A stretch of 62,693 nt of DNA, the filler included, from Chiloscyllium plagiosum (lineage: Eukaryota), in assembly GCF_004010195.1 (NCBI RefSeq). It is 4 parts of one record of this genome, joined end to end, with 100 filler letters (N's around TTAATTAATTAA, not from the genome) between each part and the next. Parts side by side here need not be neighbours in the genome. Positions count along the whole stretch, not along the records: positions 1 to 10,664 come from NC_057710.1; positions 10,765 to 41,588 come from NC_057710.1; 2 more parts are not named here. One strand, written 5' to 3'. The notes below the pieces were generated by a model. The model searched no databases. It had not been told where the DNA came from and saw only the letters and a program-made list of their open reading frames with translations. The translations under genes and the position numbers were made by a program. This document shows positions 1-12,902 of this stretch, piece by piece. Numbering within the stretch: the first letter of the stretch is position 1; every line of letters starts with the position of its first letter.

Positions 1-75
1 GCTGGAGATCAGAGCTGAAAATGTGTTGCTGGAAAAGCGCAGCAGGTCAGGCAGCATCCAAGTAGCAGGAGAATC

Positions 76-103
76 GACGTTTCGGGCATGAGCCCTTCTT
101 CAG
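76..103 (-). ncRNA. Minimal hammerhead ribozyme motif
   Basis: Reverse complement reads CTGAAGA-A-GGGC-TCAT-GCCC-GAAA-C-GTC: hammerhead core, 4-bp stem II, GUC triplet. Confidence 0.7.
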
Positions 104-238
104 GAATGAGGAAAGTGTGTCCAGCAGGCTAAGATAAAAGGTAGGGGGGAGGGACTTGGGGAAGGGGCGTCGGAAATGTCCCCCAAGTCCCTCCTCCCTA
201 CCTTTTATCTTAGCCTGCTGGACACACTTTCCTCATTC

Positions 239-266
239 CTGAAGAAGGGCTCATGCCCGAAACGTC
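239..266 (+). ncRNA. Minimal hammerhead ribozyme motif
   Basis: CTGAAGA-A-GGGC-TCAT-GCCC-GAAA-C-GTC, with loopless palindromic stem III (ACGT), as in Penelope minimal hammerheads. Confidence 0.72.
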
Positions 267-971
267 GATTCTCCTGCTTCTTGGATGCTGCCTGACCTGC
301 TGCGCTTTTCCAGCAACACATTTTCAGCTCTGATCTCCAGCATCTGCAGTCCTCACTTTCTCCTCAAAAAATATATATATATGTTTAGTTTAAAGATCAA
401 ATTAATTAGCAAATATATGCAATTTGTATGTTAATAGTTATTGGGGCCTTAGAATAAACTGTCTGTACACCAGTTAACAATTTCATCACATCAGAATTGT
501 CTGTGAATGCTGCATGTAGTTGTTTTTAAGTCTGAAGCCCTTTGTGCAAGAGTGCACTTCTGAAATGTTAAGTTGTCTGAAAATTGCATTCCAGAATAGG
601 TAACTGGTTGTATGCCCAGTGGATGCAGTAATAGCCTTTCATTAACTATGAGAGTAAGTGCACTTTTAGAAATAGTGCCAGGCACTCTTAAGTGTATCTC
701 TGAAGTGGAGTCCTTCAACTTTCATTTTATCCTTTTATATTTTTGTTGCATGCAAACTGATGGTTGTTTCTTGAGAACAAATAGGAAAAGACTTATGTCA
801 TCTAAATTTCTGCTCTCAAAATCCACAAAGTGGTAAGTCTTGTGCACCATCAAAGATGTGGAATTTGCTTTGTTTTAATGAATATATGCTACCTACAGGA
901 TATTGACCACGTCTTGCATACTATTAGTGCAAGTACCCTGAATATCGGTCCTTTCTAAAACACCGTGGAAA

Positions 972-1135
972 TAAAAGTGAAGTCACTATGGACTTACCGG
1001 ACCGTAGGGCTGCTCTCTTATTAGAGGTAGATGACTGATAGTGGTTTAACCGAAGGGTCACTACAGTTCTCAGGTTAGTGCGGGAATTGAGCCCACACTT
1101 TTGACATTCAGTATTGCAAACCAGCTAATCGACCC
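972..1135 (-). mobile_element. tRNA-derived SINE (non-HE1 family), degraded
   Basis: Reverse-complement similarity to 55975-56187 (B box GGAATTGAGCCC here; tail AAAGTGAAGTCACTATGGACTTAC). Confidence 0.55.
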
Positions 1136-1932
1136 CTCTTTGAAATATTGAATTAAGTATCATATTACAAAACATGTTAACATTTAGCATGTTATCAAAG
1201 CATGCCATGGAATGCAATGTAGCTAATGTGTGGCTCGATTCAAATTTTATAATTCATTCCATGAAGTTCTTGTGGTAGTGCCACTACCTCTGAATCTAGA
1301 GACCTGAGTTCAAGTCCCACCTGCTGTTGATGTGCGTCATAATATCACTGAAGAGGTTGATTAGAATTCATAAATATTGTGAGCAGAAAATAACTTATTG
1401 ACTGCTATGTACCTAATGCAGAATTTGTTTGGGCTCACTAATTGTGCTTTCATAATTTTAGTGAATTAAATAATTTAAAGCAAAGCTCAATAGTTAGTCT
1501 ATCTGTATGATGGCAAGGATTTTATGGACTAGCAGTGGCCCAGTCTCCAGGCCAGAAAGTTGGCAGCAAAACCCTTCAGCTAGTCATAGAAGCTCAACCA
1601 GATTTTACCACTCTTGCCCTACAGTCGGAGATTCCACACCTTTTGTAAGGGATGAGATGTGTCCTCAAATAGTTGACCATTCACAGGGTTGGCAACTGTT
1701 CATTTCTAACAGGATCACAGGGTAGTGGCTGCTGGTGGGATTGCTGCTGGCCCAACATGCTCATGTTTTGGTGACCAGTTTCATGTGACATTAAGTGGGG
1801 GCTTGAAATAACTTGCTGTATGTATTTTGACACCTATGGAATTATTGTTACATGTGCAGAATTTTAAGGGTATTTCTTAACTAATGTCAATCAAGTTGAG
1901 TTTAAAATGAAAGAAGGTCATTGTGGCATCTT

Positions 1933-2146
1933 TACAGGTCGTTCTGCTGTAACACGCATTTTGTTAACATGAGTTCACTATAATGCGATTGACAAATTGG
2001 GGCACTGTTTCTAAAGCACAAACTTTTAAAACGTGTTGGTTGTGACATGATTATATCGCCAACTCTTTTAGCGCTATTTCTAAAGTGCAATTTTTCTATA
2101 ATGCGGAGTTGCACAGGAACTCAACCATCGCATAGAAGAACATACT
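1933..2146. mobile_element. Tc1/mariner(Tigger)-like MITE, degraded
   Basis: Imperfect TIRs TA-CAGGTCGTTCTGCTGTAAC ... ATAGAAGAACATAC; a related end GAGAACTACCTG-TA lies at ~52575-52588. Confidence 0.5.
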
Positions 2147-2299
2147 AAATTTTGATCTCACTTTAAAAATAGTGCACAGTATCCTGTCAGATGAGCTGAC
2201 TGGTAAAGTGAACTTTGAATTGAGATCTTCTGGTCAATATGGATCTTCTGCTGCCTTAATTAGTTGTATCATTGGGAAACCAGTCCAAATATTGACATT

Positions 2300-4500
2300 G
2301 TGCCTTTTAACATAATAAAACATGTCAATGTGCTTCACAAGGAATTATAAAGCAAACGTTCATATTGACCAGTTGAGAGATATTAGTAAAGAAGAGCAAA
2401 CCTTAGTCAACACGTTGGTTCTGAGAAGCAGCTTAAAGGAGGAAAGAACTATAGAGGCATAGGGATTTGAAGAGAGTATAGTACCTTGGCAGCTAAAGGC
2501 ACACGATCCTTGAGTGGTGTGGTTAAAATCAGGGATGCTCAGGCCAGAATTGAAGGAGGACAGATATGTCAGAGCATTCTGGAATTGAAGCAGATTGCAA
2601 GGAATAAAAAGGAGTGAAGCTGTAGAAAACAATGAAGAGAAGTTCATAATTGAAGCATTGCTGAACCAGGTATGGGTCAGTGTGCATATTAGGTAATGGG
2701 TGAACAGGACTTAGCAGATGTAAAGCTGATAGAGTGGTTCTGGATTACCTGACGTTTACGAAGTTTAGAATATGAGAGGCTGGCCAAGAGTGCATTGGAA
2801 TATTTAATGCTAGAGGTATCAAATTCTTGGATAAAGATTTTAGCAACAGAGAGCTAAAATGGATGCAGAGTCAGATGATTTATTTTGGAAGTGATTATTG
2901 AGATGGCAGATATGTGTTTGGAAGCATAACTATGGCACCAAGACTGTGAACAGTGTGGTTCAACCTCAGACAGTTACTACAAAGAGGGATACTGATAGGT
3001 GATAAGGAATAAAGTATACAGCAGGGTGTAAAAATAATGGCTTTGCCATTCCTAATATTTAATTCCGCTTGTTTGGCCCTCAAAATAAAAATAAGCAACA
3101 AAAACCGAAACTGTTGGTGAAACCCAGCAGACCTGGCAGCATCTGATAAAGTGTCACTGGACTCAAAATGTTAACTCTGCTTTCTTCCTACAGATACTGC
3201 TAGACCTGCTGAGTTTTGCCAGCTTTTCTGTTTTTCTTTCAGGTCTACAGCATCTGCAGTTCCTGGTTTTATTTTACATCAGGCAAGCAGCCTGACTGGA
3301 GACAGTGAAAGAACTAAGAAAAGTAGAGCTGAATGATTGCCAGTGTAAAACTGAAAACTGATGTTGTGCTTTCCGAAAATATTGCCAAGAAGTAGAATGT
3401 ACATGAGAATATGAGAGGGTATCAATGGTAACGTTGCAGGAAATTCCTTGGCTATAATTACATGGTTAAGTATGCAACCAGATAAGTGCAGTCTCACCCA
3501 GCTAGATGCTAGAGAGTCATGGGAAGGAGGATAGTGTCAAAGGCAGCAGATAGGATGTGAAAGTGAAAGGTTAACCTTTGTCACAGTAACACAAGATGTC
3601 ATTGTGAGCCATTCACAACAATGAAAGGGTCAAACCCTGGTTGGAAAAGTTCAAGCATATAGTCTTGGGGAGGTAATCCAGAAGGTGACAGGCATTCAAA
3701 TACTTTGAAGAGGGAAAGAAGATTGTATGTGGGGTGGTAGTTTGCAGGCTCAGAGTTGTTTTCTTGGGGAGAGATGAGAGATTATGACAGATTTGAAGGA
3801 GAAAGCAACAATGTCTGAGGTGAGAGAACGAATAACAGTAGCAGTTAAATATGATTCAGGTAGGGAAATTACGTGGTCAGTGGTTTAGTGATGATAAGAT
3901 TGAAGGATCAGGACTCACAGATAAGATAAGCTCAGAGAGGGTAAAGGAGGATGTAAAAGAGAAACTAGTGGTCAGTGTGATTTTGAGGTAAGGGTGGGTT
4001 TTTTTTAAAAGGAAGTTTGGCTTGGCTGTCTAAGGGAAGAGAAGCAAAGATCTAGTAGAGATATCTAATCAGATGTGTTCAATCTTAGAGCCAAAGAAGT
4101 TTTTGGGCTCTTCGCACTTACTCTTGGAGATGTGTGGGAGAGAGATGGGATGGGAGGTTTAAGAAAACCATATACAGTGGAGAAAGGAATGCATCACAGG
4201 ACAATCCTGGAAGTGTGAGCAGTTTCTCCTGACAGATCTGTGAGTGGCTGAATCAGTTGTCTGCCATATCCATTCAAATCTGCATCCATTGGCCTGAGGA
4301 GACAAGAGGTGAGAATTGTACCAAGATGAATGACCAGGGTGAGAGAGAGTAGTTGTTTTATTGGGGACTAAAGACTTAAAGGTGAGCAAATTGATAGATG
4401 TTGTAAAGATTGGAAGACCAAAGGCTAGAAAGTTGGGATTTTGAAAGTGTAGTTGTAAATGGATTCACTTTGGTATTTTCCATTGTAGGTGCTGAAGAAG
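2300..4500 (-). mobile_element. Old L2-clade LINE remnant, interrupted by a fold-back element at ~3100-3275
   Basis: Purine-rich + strand with L2-like antisense RT phrases (GGCCAAGAGTGCATTGGAATA...TAGAGGT); no intact ORF; boundaries approximate. Confidence 0.5.
3100..3275. mobile_element. Old fold-back pLTR-derived element
   Basis: CAGCAGACCTGGCAGCATCTG ... CAGATACTGCTAGACCTGCTG inverted arms; tail CAGCATCTGCAG shared with the Penelope ends. A similar element lies at 32965-33110. Confidence 0.55.
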
Positions 4501-4618
4501 ATTAGGTCGACTAAGGAAGGGGTTCCTGCATGTTTTCTTGTAATTAAGCCATTGTACAAATTATACTTTCATAAGTTGTTATAAACCAACTCTAAATGTT
4601 CTTTTTATTTATTCATAG

Positions 4619-4670
4619 GTCTCCTGTTCTGAAGCCGTTCTTCTTTTTACATCCAAAACAGAATGTTGCG
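4619..4670 (+). CDS. AtuA-like protein, internal exon A (SPVLKPFFFLHPKQNVA)
   Basis: Pyrimidine tract + CATAG acceptor; GTATAG donor; 52 nt, starts in phase 2, ends in phase 0, compatible with the next exon. SP..P..FL.PK resembles AtuA-like proteins. Confidence 0.75.
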
Positions 4671-6910
4671 GTATAGTAAATGTGTTACATTCTCAAATGC
4701 ATAGAGAAACAGTTTTACTCTGCACAGCCAAATTAAATCTACCTTGCGAATTGGCATTTTGTGAATTGTGTATAATTTGGGGCTTTTTTTCATATAAATT
4801 CTGACTTAAGATGCAATTTTAGATTATTTGAGCATTCAGTATGTTCAACTCCGAGTCAAAATATAATGAGTTAAAGCTTTGTGGCCTTGGGTTTCCCCTT
4901 GACCGCGCTTGATAATTCGGCACAATTTGCCCAACATTAGCATAACTGGTGCAAAACCTCAGGGATTTTAGATACAATTTGCATTTAACTTCACTTTTAT
5001 GTCCAGGGTTTAAAAAAATTGTGATAGAAATAGGTCTCACCCACACAACTGAAGAAGGTATTAATTGCCATTGCTAACTTCTGTTAATTAAACACATTTG
5101 TGGGCTGTGAATGGGGTTTATAAATTAAGCTTTTTTGGGGGTATGTGTGCGGGGGGAGCATATGAGCACTAACAGGAACATCATAAAAGCTTTTGAATAC
5201 ATAATTTTTGATTTACTAAAACTAACTGCAATTGTACAATATAACTAGCAAATAGTTTTGTATATTTGTTAGAAGTTGTTTAAAATTGAGTCAGCTGCAG
5301 GGATGCATTGGCACAGCTTATTTTTCTGTAATTTTCTTATAGCTTTTACTGTATTAATCAAGTTGTACTACGATTAAATATGTCAAGTGATTTGTTGAAA
5401 GCAAAATTGTTTTTTAAAGAATTTGATTCTAAAATAGAATCAGTTGTTTTGGTTTATGACTGATTTTACATTTGGCAAAATGCCAATATTTTTGAGGAGG
5501 AAACTTGAAATCAAAAATATTTGGTAAAGCAGCAACAAGTTTGGGATGAATTTACAGCTGTTAGTCAACTGGCATCCAAAACAATAACCCTGCCTCATTT
5601 ATATTTACCAGTGAGTATTCAAATTGTTCATTAAGGATATATAAGGAGCTTCCCTCTAATATAAGTCTTTTTTATGCTAATTAGTGCTCCTCCTCTTGCC
5701 CCATATTTGACCCCCCATGCTTCTGTTTCACACGTAATGTGTTCTCATCACTGGATTCTGTGCCTTCTACCTAAAAATAGAATTGATCAATTTATTCTAG
5801 AATGTTGCGTGTTATTTTTGAATATTGCTATTTTTGGAAGTTTAACTATGCTATCTATTAAGGTTTTTTTTGTTTCATTTATTGTCATCAATGTCAACTT
5901 AGATAGCATTATTTTCTATCTTGTCTTTCCAGTGATACTCATTCACTCTTTCCTCATATCAGTGCAGTTTTTTCTCATTCAATTATTTATCCAATTCCCC
6001 TTTCAAAATTGCTGTTATATCTATGACCTTATCAGGCAGGGTATTCCAAATCCTAACCACTCATTGGCTGAGACAGCTTCTCTGATTTTTTTTGCCAAAC
6101 ACTTCAAATCTTTCCTATAGCTATTGACCTATCAGCCACTGGGAATAGTTTTATCTGTATTTATTCTAAATAAACCCTTTATGATTTTAAACATCTCTAT
6201 CAAAGTTCCTGGTAACCTTCCATGCTGGAGAACAAACCCAGCTTCTCCAGTCTATCCAGATAACTCTAATCCCTCATGCCTGGAGCCTTTCTAGTAAGTT
6301 TCCTCTGTACCCACTCCAAAGTATTTCCTCTTCCTAAAAGTGTGATGCCTAGAATTGGACACAGCACTCCCATCAGAACCAAACTAGTAGTTTCTAAAGG
6401 TTTTACAATACTTCCTAAGTTTTGTAATGTATGCCTCCACTTATTAAAGTCAGGATTCCACTTTCTTCAGTAATTGTTTTGTTAAAATGTCCTCACATTT
6501 TCTAAGGTTTTTTCACAAGTATTCACAGGACTGAATTCTTGCGCAGCCTTTAAAATGCCAACATTCAACACATATGCTCCCAACCAAATATATCACTTCA
6601 TTTTCTTGGCAAAGTAAATTAATATTATTTTGAAAGGATTGTAGCATTTTCGAGTCTCTCAATTTGACATTTTCCTTTAGCCTGGATAAAGCATAAGTGT
6701 GTTCATATCATAGCTAGCTTCCATGTTATAGCTGCACATTTAATGTGCAGTTAAAAAAGCATCACAAAAAATATAAAATGGTGGTTGCCAACTGCATTTC
6801 TTATGGGCAGTGCTCCTTTTTGAGAGTAGCGCCCACCTAATCAACCTTGAAGTATCTTCAGCCTGTGATAATTTAGACTTTTTATAACTTATAACGTTAT
6901 TATTTTGCAG

Positions 6911-7022
6911 ATTGATATATTTCTGAATGGAAAGCACTTAGAAATGTTTAAAGAGGACTTGAATTATCCACCGCTACCTGCTGTAGAGGAAAATATAGAA
7001 CAGAATGAGGATGACCTAAAAG
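6911..7022 (+). CDS. AtuA-like protein, exon B (IDIFLNGKHLEMFKEDLNYPPLPAVEENIEQNEDDLK; acidic linker)
   Basis: TTTTGCAG acceptor, G|GTGTGC donor, 112 nt, phase 0 to 1; lies in ORF 6905-7210; joins exon C in frame (G+AT = Asp). Confidence 0.8.
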
Positions 7023-8954
7023 GTGTGCGATTAGTGTTTTATCGATCTTGTGTTTCATTTTTAGCTGAATTGATTCATTTTTGTACATTGGCGGTACTCT
7101 ATTTCTCTAAACTCTCCACTCATTTTATACTCCAGCTAATATTATGGTTTAAGTCTATGGGACACCATTTTAAAGTACAGAACGCAATACAAAACACAGT
7201 TACTCTTTAAGGAAGCAGTATAAACTCATTTCATTTTGAGAATTCAAGTTTTTTTCATTCTATAACATAACACTTGAAGTCACCTTGTCCAGAGTAGTAG
7301 AACCAGATGATATGCTTCAAAAAGATGTTAAATTTAAAATCAGTCTACGCCTGATTTTAGTTTGAGTTGCATCAGGTCTTTTTGGAGGGGTCCGCACTAT
7401 GAAGCCTAGCACAATTTGTTTGCCATAGCTAACCAAACTTGCCTCTTTAATTACCACATGCCCATCCCTATGTTGTATCTTGTGTCCAATTTCTGCCCCC
7501 TCTTAGCACAATTGCTATAAGAACTCGGCATCTCTTTAGCCAATACCAACTTTTGACGGCTGTTTTCCAGTTACCAGGTGCTCTGCACAGTTCCTGACAT
7601 TTGTCCCAGACATAGCATCAGCTCCCCACTTTGTGGTCAAAGTCCTGGAGGTATCGCTGATTGGCATGGGACTTGCTCTTTCCCAGGTCCAGCAGTGGAC
7701 AGTACGACATGAAACTATGCAACCTGGTCTACGTTGCCACCCGGGTTAAACCAGTTACAGTCCAGAGGAATGACCAGTGCTTTGGGAAGTGTTAGTGCCA
7801 TTCTCTTCCATCAGAAGTGTTAATGCCATTCTCTTCCTTTGGATACCTCTCACTCTAACGCTGCCAGTGAACTCATCTGCCAAGACTTATGCTCTAACAT
7901 TTTCATTAATGCCTGTAGCATCACCTCTCACTTGCTGATACCCACCTAACCCCCAACATGACTAACCCTGCACGCCCTCTGTGCTGCCTACTCACTCGCT
8001 TGGCAACCTCCCCAACTCCGCCAACAGGAGTGGCTGTGCCACCCACTTTCATTTTCCATAATACCTGCTTCTCTCTCATTCCAGAGCAAAACAGCCGACT
8101 GTAGGGCCGAGAGGGTGGTGCTCTGCTCATTCAGCTCGTCACCCTTTATAAAGCCAGGATCTTAACTCTGCCTAACATAAGCAGGATCTGGACTGACATT
8201 GCTGCCTTTGATTTACTAGCTGATGCCCCTAAGCAAAGGTTTACCCTTATCTTTATAGAGACATGCTAATAACTGTGGCAAGGATCTTTCCTTTATGCCA
8301 GGCTTTAATTCTGCATTAAATGGCACAGCAGGAATGTGAGCGTGCATCTCAGGCTGAGGAGTAAAGCAGATAAGACAAGGCAGGATGCTGTACACATCCA
8401 GGTAGGGTCAGAACAAGTGATTGAGTGAAAAGACTGAAGATGCAACCTGGTCCAGTCCGTGAACTGGATGGATGTCCCTGAATGCACAGTGTCCTTGCAG
8501 CAGCATTACAATGAAAGTTGCCAGTGCAACCCAAGTTGTAGCATTGAAGTGCAGAAGTGTACTCTAAGTGAATGAGAAATGGCCCATGAGGGTTCTTACA
8601 GTGTGGAATGCCAGATGCCAATATTTATGGACATAAGATGCATGATGCCCATGACACATGCTGAGAGATATTGTTACCAGTGTCCAATCAAGGTCATTCA
8701 GAGCCAACAGCAAGCTGAATCCACCGTGTGCTTTAGTTTCCTTGTCACATTTTCCTAATGCTAGCTTGCTTGGTAAGATGGGAGTCTGTTTTTTTATTCA
8801 TTCATAGGAAATGAGCATCACTGGCAAGCAAGCATTTATTGCCTGCCCCTCGTTGCTTTTGGGAAGGGTTTTAACAAGTGGGTTAAGGTATCTAGGGGTA
8901 TGATTCTCGTTTAGGGATTTGTACGTTATAGACATGTGAGAGGTCCTGTGTTTA

Positions 8955-9310
8955 GGGTGGCAAGGTGGCTCAGTGGTTAGCACTGCTACCTCACAGTGCC
9001 AGGGACCCGGTTCAATTCCATCCTTGGGTGACTGTGTGGCAATTGCACATTCTCCCTGTATCTGCGTGGGTTTCCTCTGGGTGTTCTGGTTTACTCCCAC
9101 AATCCAAAGATGTGCAGGTTAGTTGAATTGGCCATGCTAAATTACTCTTAGTGTTCAGGGATGTGCAGGCTAGATGATTAGCCATGGGAAATGGAAGGTT
9201 ATGGGGATAGGTTAAGGGATAGGTTTAGGTGGGATGCTGTTCAGAAGATCAGTGTGAACTCGGTGGGCTGAATGACTTGGTTCCACTTTGTAGGACTTCT
9301 GTGATTCTAA
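8955..9310 (+). mobile_element. HE1/V-SINE-type tRNA SINE
   Basis: A box TGGCTCAGTGG, B box GGTTCAATTCC, core CTGCGTGGGTTTCCTCTGGGTG...CCAAAGATGTGCAGGTTAG. Confidence 0.85.
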
Positions 9311-10664
9311 GTGTTGGTCACTATCAACTGGTATTCTCCATGCTGCTTGTGAAAAGCACTGAAAAAGAGTGAAATGATCGTCATCTCAATAGGTATTGCC
9401 ACATCCATTACCCAGTTCTGCCCCACATTTTGTAGTCACATCTCTCAGATCCCTATAAAATTCTGCCCAGTATTTCTGAGTGAGTAATCAATCTGTGCTG
9501 TGAACTCCCTGTTGGCTATCCCTCACATGCAATGATGATTGTATTCCATCCAAAGATGGCTAATGAAGCCCATCAGGATCTACAGACTTTATGTATGTGG
9601 GGTATTTGTTGTCATGTGGAATGTCTAGTGGTATGGTATTATTTTAGATTATGGCATATTTTATAAACTCCTTTAAATTTCTCTTCAATTCGCCATTGTT
9701 GGGCTTCAAAATGCTCCAGTCCTTCCAGCAACAGATTTCCGAGGGGGACAGTGAAAGTATATCATATCAATTCATTCATTTACAAGTTAGATCAATTCCT
9801 TTCAGAAAATAAAATCTTGGGATCTAAGATATGAGCTATTTGAGATTTAGTCTGTGGTAAATGTAGTGTCTTGGCTGAAATTTGGAAAAGATTTTAGTGA
9901 GCTTAAGAACTTGTCACAAAACTACCTGAATGTTTGACATTAAACAAATTGCCTCCCTGAAATAACTGAGGGGATTCGCATTCCAAATATCCTACGAAGA
10001 GGCAGGCATAGCTGGGGCCCATGTGGGTGCCCATTCCACATATCCTACGAAGACCGGCAGACAAGGGAGGCGCGGTAGTAGTTTGGCGCACCGACCTTTA
10101 CACCGCCGAGGCTAAACACCAGCTCGCGGACACCTCCTCCTACTGCCCCCTTGACCATGACCCCACCCCCTACCACCAAACCATCATCTCCCAGACCATC
10201 CAGAACCTCATCACCTCAGGGGATCTCCCATCCACTGCCTCCCACAACCCCGCACCGCCCGTTTCTACCTCCTGCCCAAAATCCACAAACTTGACTGCCC
10301 CGGCCTTGTCTCAGCCTGCTCCTGCCCCACCGAACTCATCTCTGCATACCTCGACACGATCTAGTCCCCCTTAGTCCAAGAACTCCCCACCTACGTTCGG
10401 GACACCACCCACGCCCTCCACCTCCTCCGTGACTTACGCTTCCCCGGTCCCCAACGCCTTATCTTCACCATGGACATCCAGTCCCTGTACACCTCCATCC
10501 CCCATCACGAAGGACTCAAAGCCCTCTGCTTCTTCCTTTCCCGCCGTGCCAACCAGTACCCTTCCACTGACACCCTCCTCAGACTGACTGAACTGGTCCT
10601 CACCCTGAACAACTTCTCTTTCCAATCCTCCCACTTCCTCCAAACCAAAGGAGTAGCCATGGGC

Positions 10665-10764
10665 NNNNNNNNNNNNNNNNNNNNNNNNNNNNNNNNNNNN
10701 NNNNNNNNTTAATTAATTAANNNNNNNNNNNNNNNNNNNNNNNNNNNNNNNNNNNNNNNNNNNN
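10665..10764. other. Assembly gap with artificial linker
   Basis: 44 N + TTAATTAATTAA (10709-10720) + 44 N; identical layout at the other two gaps. Confidence 0.95.
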
Positions 10765-10779
10765 ACACTTTCCTCATTC

Positions 10780-10807
10780 CTGAAGAAGGGCTCATGCCCG
10801 AAACGTC
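10780..10807 (+). ncRNA. Minimal hammerhead ribozyme motif
   Basis: Identical to 239-266: CTGAAGAAGGGCTCATGCCCGAAACGTC. Confidence 0.72.
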
Positions 10808-12902
10808 GATTCTCCTGCTCCTTGGATGCTGCCTGACCTGCTGCGCTTTTCCAGCAACACATTTTCATCCCTGAAATTACTGGTATGTCAAAGCCTATGG
10901 TTGAGGTTGCTCTTCCAGAACCAGTGTTAAGATAAGCCAGGGGAGGTGGGGAATAACTTTGTACTGAAGGCAGAAAATTAGCTATGTTGGATTAGCTGTT
11001 CGCCTGATTTCCTTTCCATTAAGGGCAGTGAAGTTAATTCTATGAAAATCAGAGCAATCCTATACTTCAGGAATATGCAGCAGGGCTACTACCAACAAGC
11101 ACAAAAGAAACAAGTCAATCCCCACCCACCTATTTACATAACCAAACCGTCAGAATAAGTCTACTGACTACCACCTGGAACCCCCTGCCAGCTGGAACCA
11201 GAGGGGATTGAGGGTGGAGGGGTATTTGGGCGTGGAGGGGAGGGTTGTGCTGCATAACAGTGGTGAGTGTCATAGCCACAGCTGAGCATTAACTGAGTAC
11301 AGGGAGAGAGGACAAAGGTAACTATAGTTGACATTGGAAGAGCAAATAATTTGCTGGGGAGTTACATGCACCACTCAAAAACAGGACAATGGAACAGACA
11401 ACCACATAGTGGAATTGGGTCATTCCAGAAGATGACCAGAGAGAAACATTAAGAAAGAATAGCAACTGCATGGATTCTCCAATTGTTTGAGTTCAACTCT
11501 TACTGTTTACTTTTAGTCCCAAGGTTTATCTTTTTTTTTAATAATCTGTTTATATCTTTATTTTATGACTATAACTTCTACTGTTTACATTTTTATATTG
11601 CTCCTCATATAATCTCTTCCCTAAGTAATACTGTTTTAATAGTAATTCCTTGCAGCTCTGTTTTTAATTATGCCTTCCTCCTCATGTCTTATTTTTTTAC
11701 TGCAAATCTTTTGTTTATTGATTTCTATAATGGTCATTTATGGACTTCATAATCCATAGTGCCCACAGTTTCTATTTTAAATATATGCACAGGTCCCCTT
11801 TAACTCTTGCTCCCAGTCTTCTTGGAGCACTAGTTTGTTATTTTCAGGCCCACTCAGTCTAAATGTAACGATAGTTGATTGCACGCAACTGTCATAGCAA
11901 GCTAGTATTGGAACTTTAATTAGACCTCAAGGTCGCATTTGGCCAAGTGTAGAATGAGGGAGCCCTCGTAAAACTAGTCAGTGGAATGAGGGGGAAAACT
12001 CTCCACTGATTGGAATCATACCTCAATGGTTGGGGTTGTTGAAAGTGCCAGGAGATCTCAGCAGGTGTTCCTCAGGGTAGTAAATAACAAGAGAGGAGAA
12101 AGAGTGTGCAAGTTTAAGGTAAGCCCCCCCCCCCCTTACACAAAGGATAATTAGAATGTGGATTTAGTGGTCACAAACCATAATTTAAATAAGAGTTTAT
12201 AAATTTGTTTAAAAAAAAGTATGTGATGGCTTTTTTTGAAGAAGTAATGTTACCAGATATGGACAGCAGTAGGAGGGTGGTAACAAGCAAGATAATGCAT
12301 GTGAACATTAGATATAGGGACTGGTCATTACGTTCACTGAACCTGCACTATCATTGAGTAAGACCATGGCTGTTCTCCTACCTCAACGACATCTTTCTGC
12401 ACGATCCCACAACCCTATTGCCCTAAATATCCATAAATTGTTTGACCACTGTATTTAATTTAGTCAACAGCTGAGTATCACAATCTGTGGAATTGCAAGT
12501 TCAAAGAATTCTTAAGTGGCCAACTCCATATTCACTGATCGTGATTTAGATCCACAAGTATTATCTCAGTGCTTGCTATACCCCATCGAACCTCTTAACA
12601 ACTTTTCATGTTTCATTAGCTCTTATTCTTCGAAATTCTAGGAAGTATGAGCCTGGTCCACTCAACCGCTCTATACTGGTAATTCCCCTTGTCCCAGGAA
12701 CCGGTCTAGTAAACTTTGATTGCACTCTCTCCCGGGACACAAACTGCCCACAGTACTCCAGCTGTTTCCTCACTAGTGGCCTCTATGATTGTAGTAAGAT
12801 TTATTTAGTCTAATCCTTTTGCAAGAAATACTAATATGCTAATTGCTTGCTGATCTTGAATGTTAATTGTCTGTGATTCATGTGCAAGGGCACACATTTT
12901 GA

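Larger units (their letters stand above)
1..364. mobile_element. Fold-back Penelope-like pseudo-LTR element (left arm cut by window edge)
   Basis: 1-162 is a near-perfect reverse complement of 179-341 around a ~16-nt loop. The right arm matches 10765-10867, the 3' end of a Penelope RT-bearing copy. Confidence 0.85.
9969..10867 (+). mobile_element. Penelope-like retroelement, 5'-rearranged, spanning an assembly gap
   Basis: RT motifs PADKGGAVVVW, MDIQSLYTSIP, QTKGVAMG; hammerhead-bearing pLTR after the gap; TSD-like TCCCTGAAAT(A/T)ACTG at 9954-9968 and 10868-10882. Confidence 0.88.

Noticed and set aside
5674..6120. 148-aa hydrophobic ORF (similar ones at 11483 and 53554)
   Set aside because: Product of T-rich low-complexity intronic or intergenic DNA; no motif or splice signals.
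7400..8760. Possible Harbinger-type transposase traces (also ~22100-23650)
   Set aside because: Only faint motif resemblance; too decayed to call without a profile search.
8955..9030. tRNA-like A/B boxes here and in other SINE heads
   Set aside because: Each continues into SINE core and tail; not tRNA genes.
10709..10720. Palindromic TTAATTAATTAA inside each N run (also 41633, 55510)
   Set aside because: Centred identically in 100-bp gaps and gives stops in all six frames; an artificial spacer.
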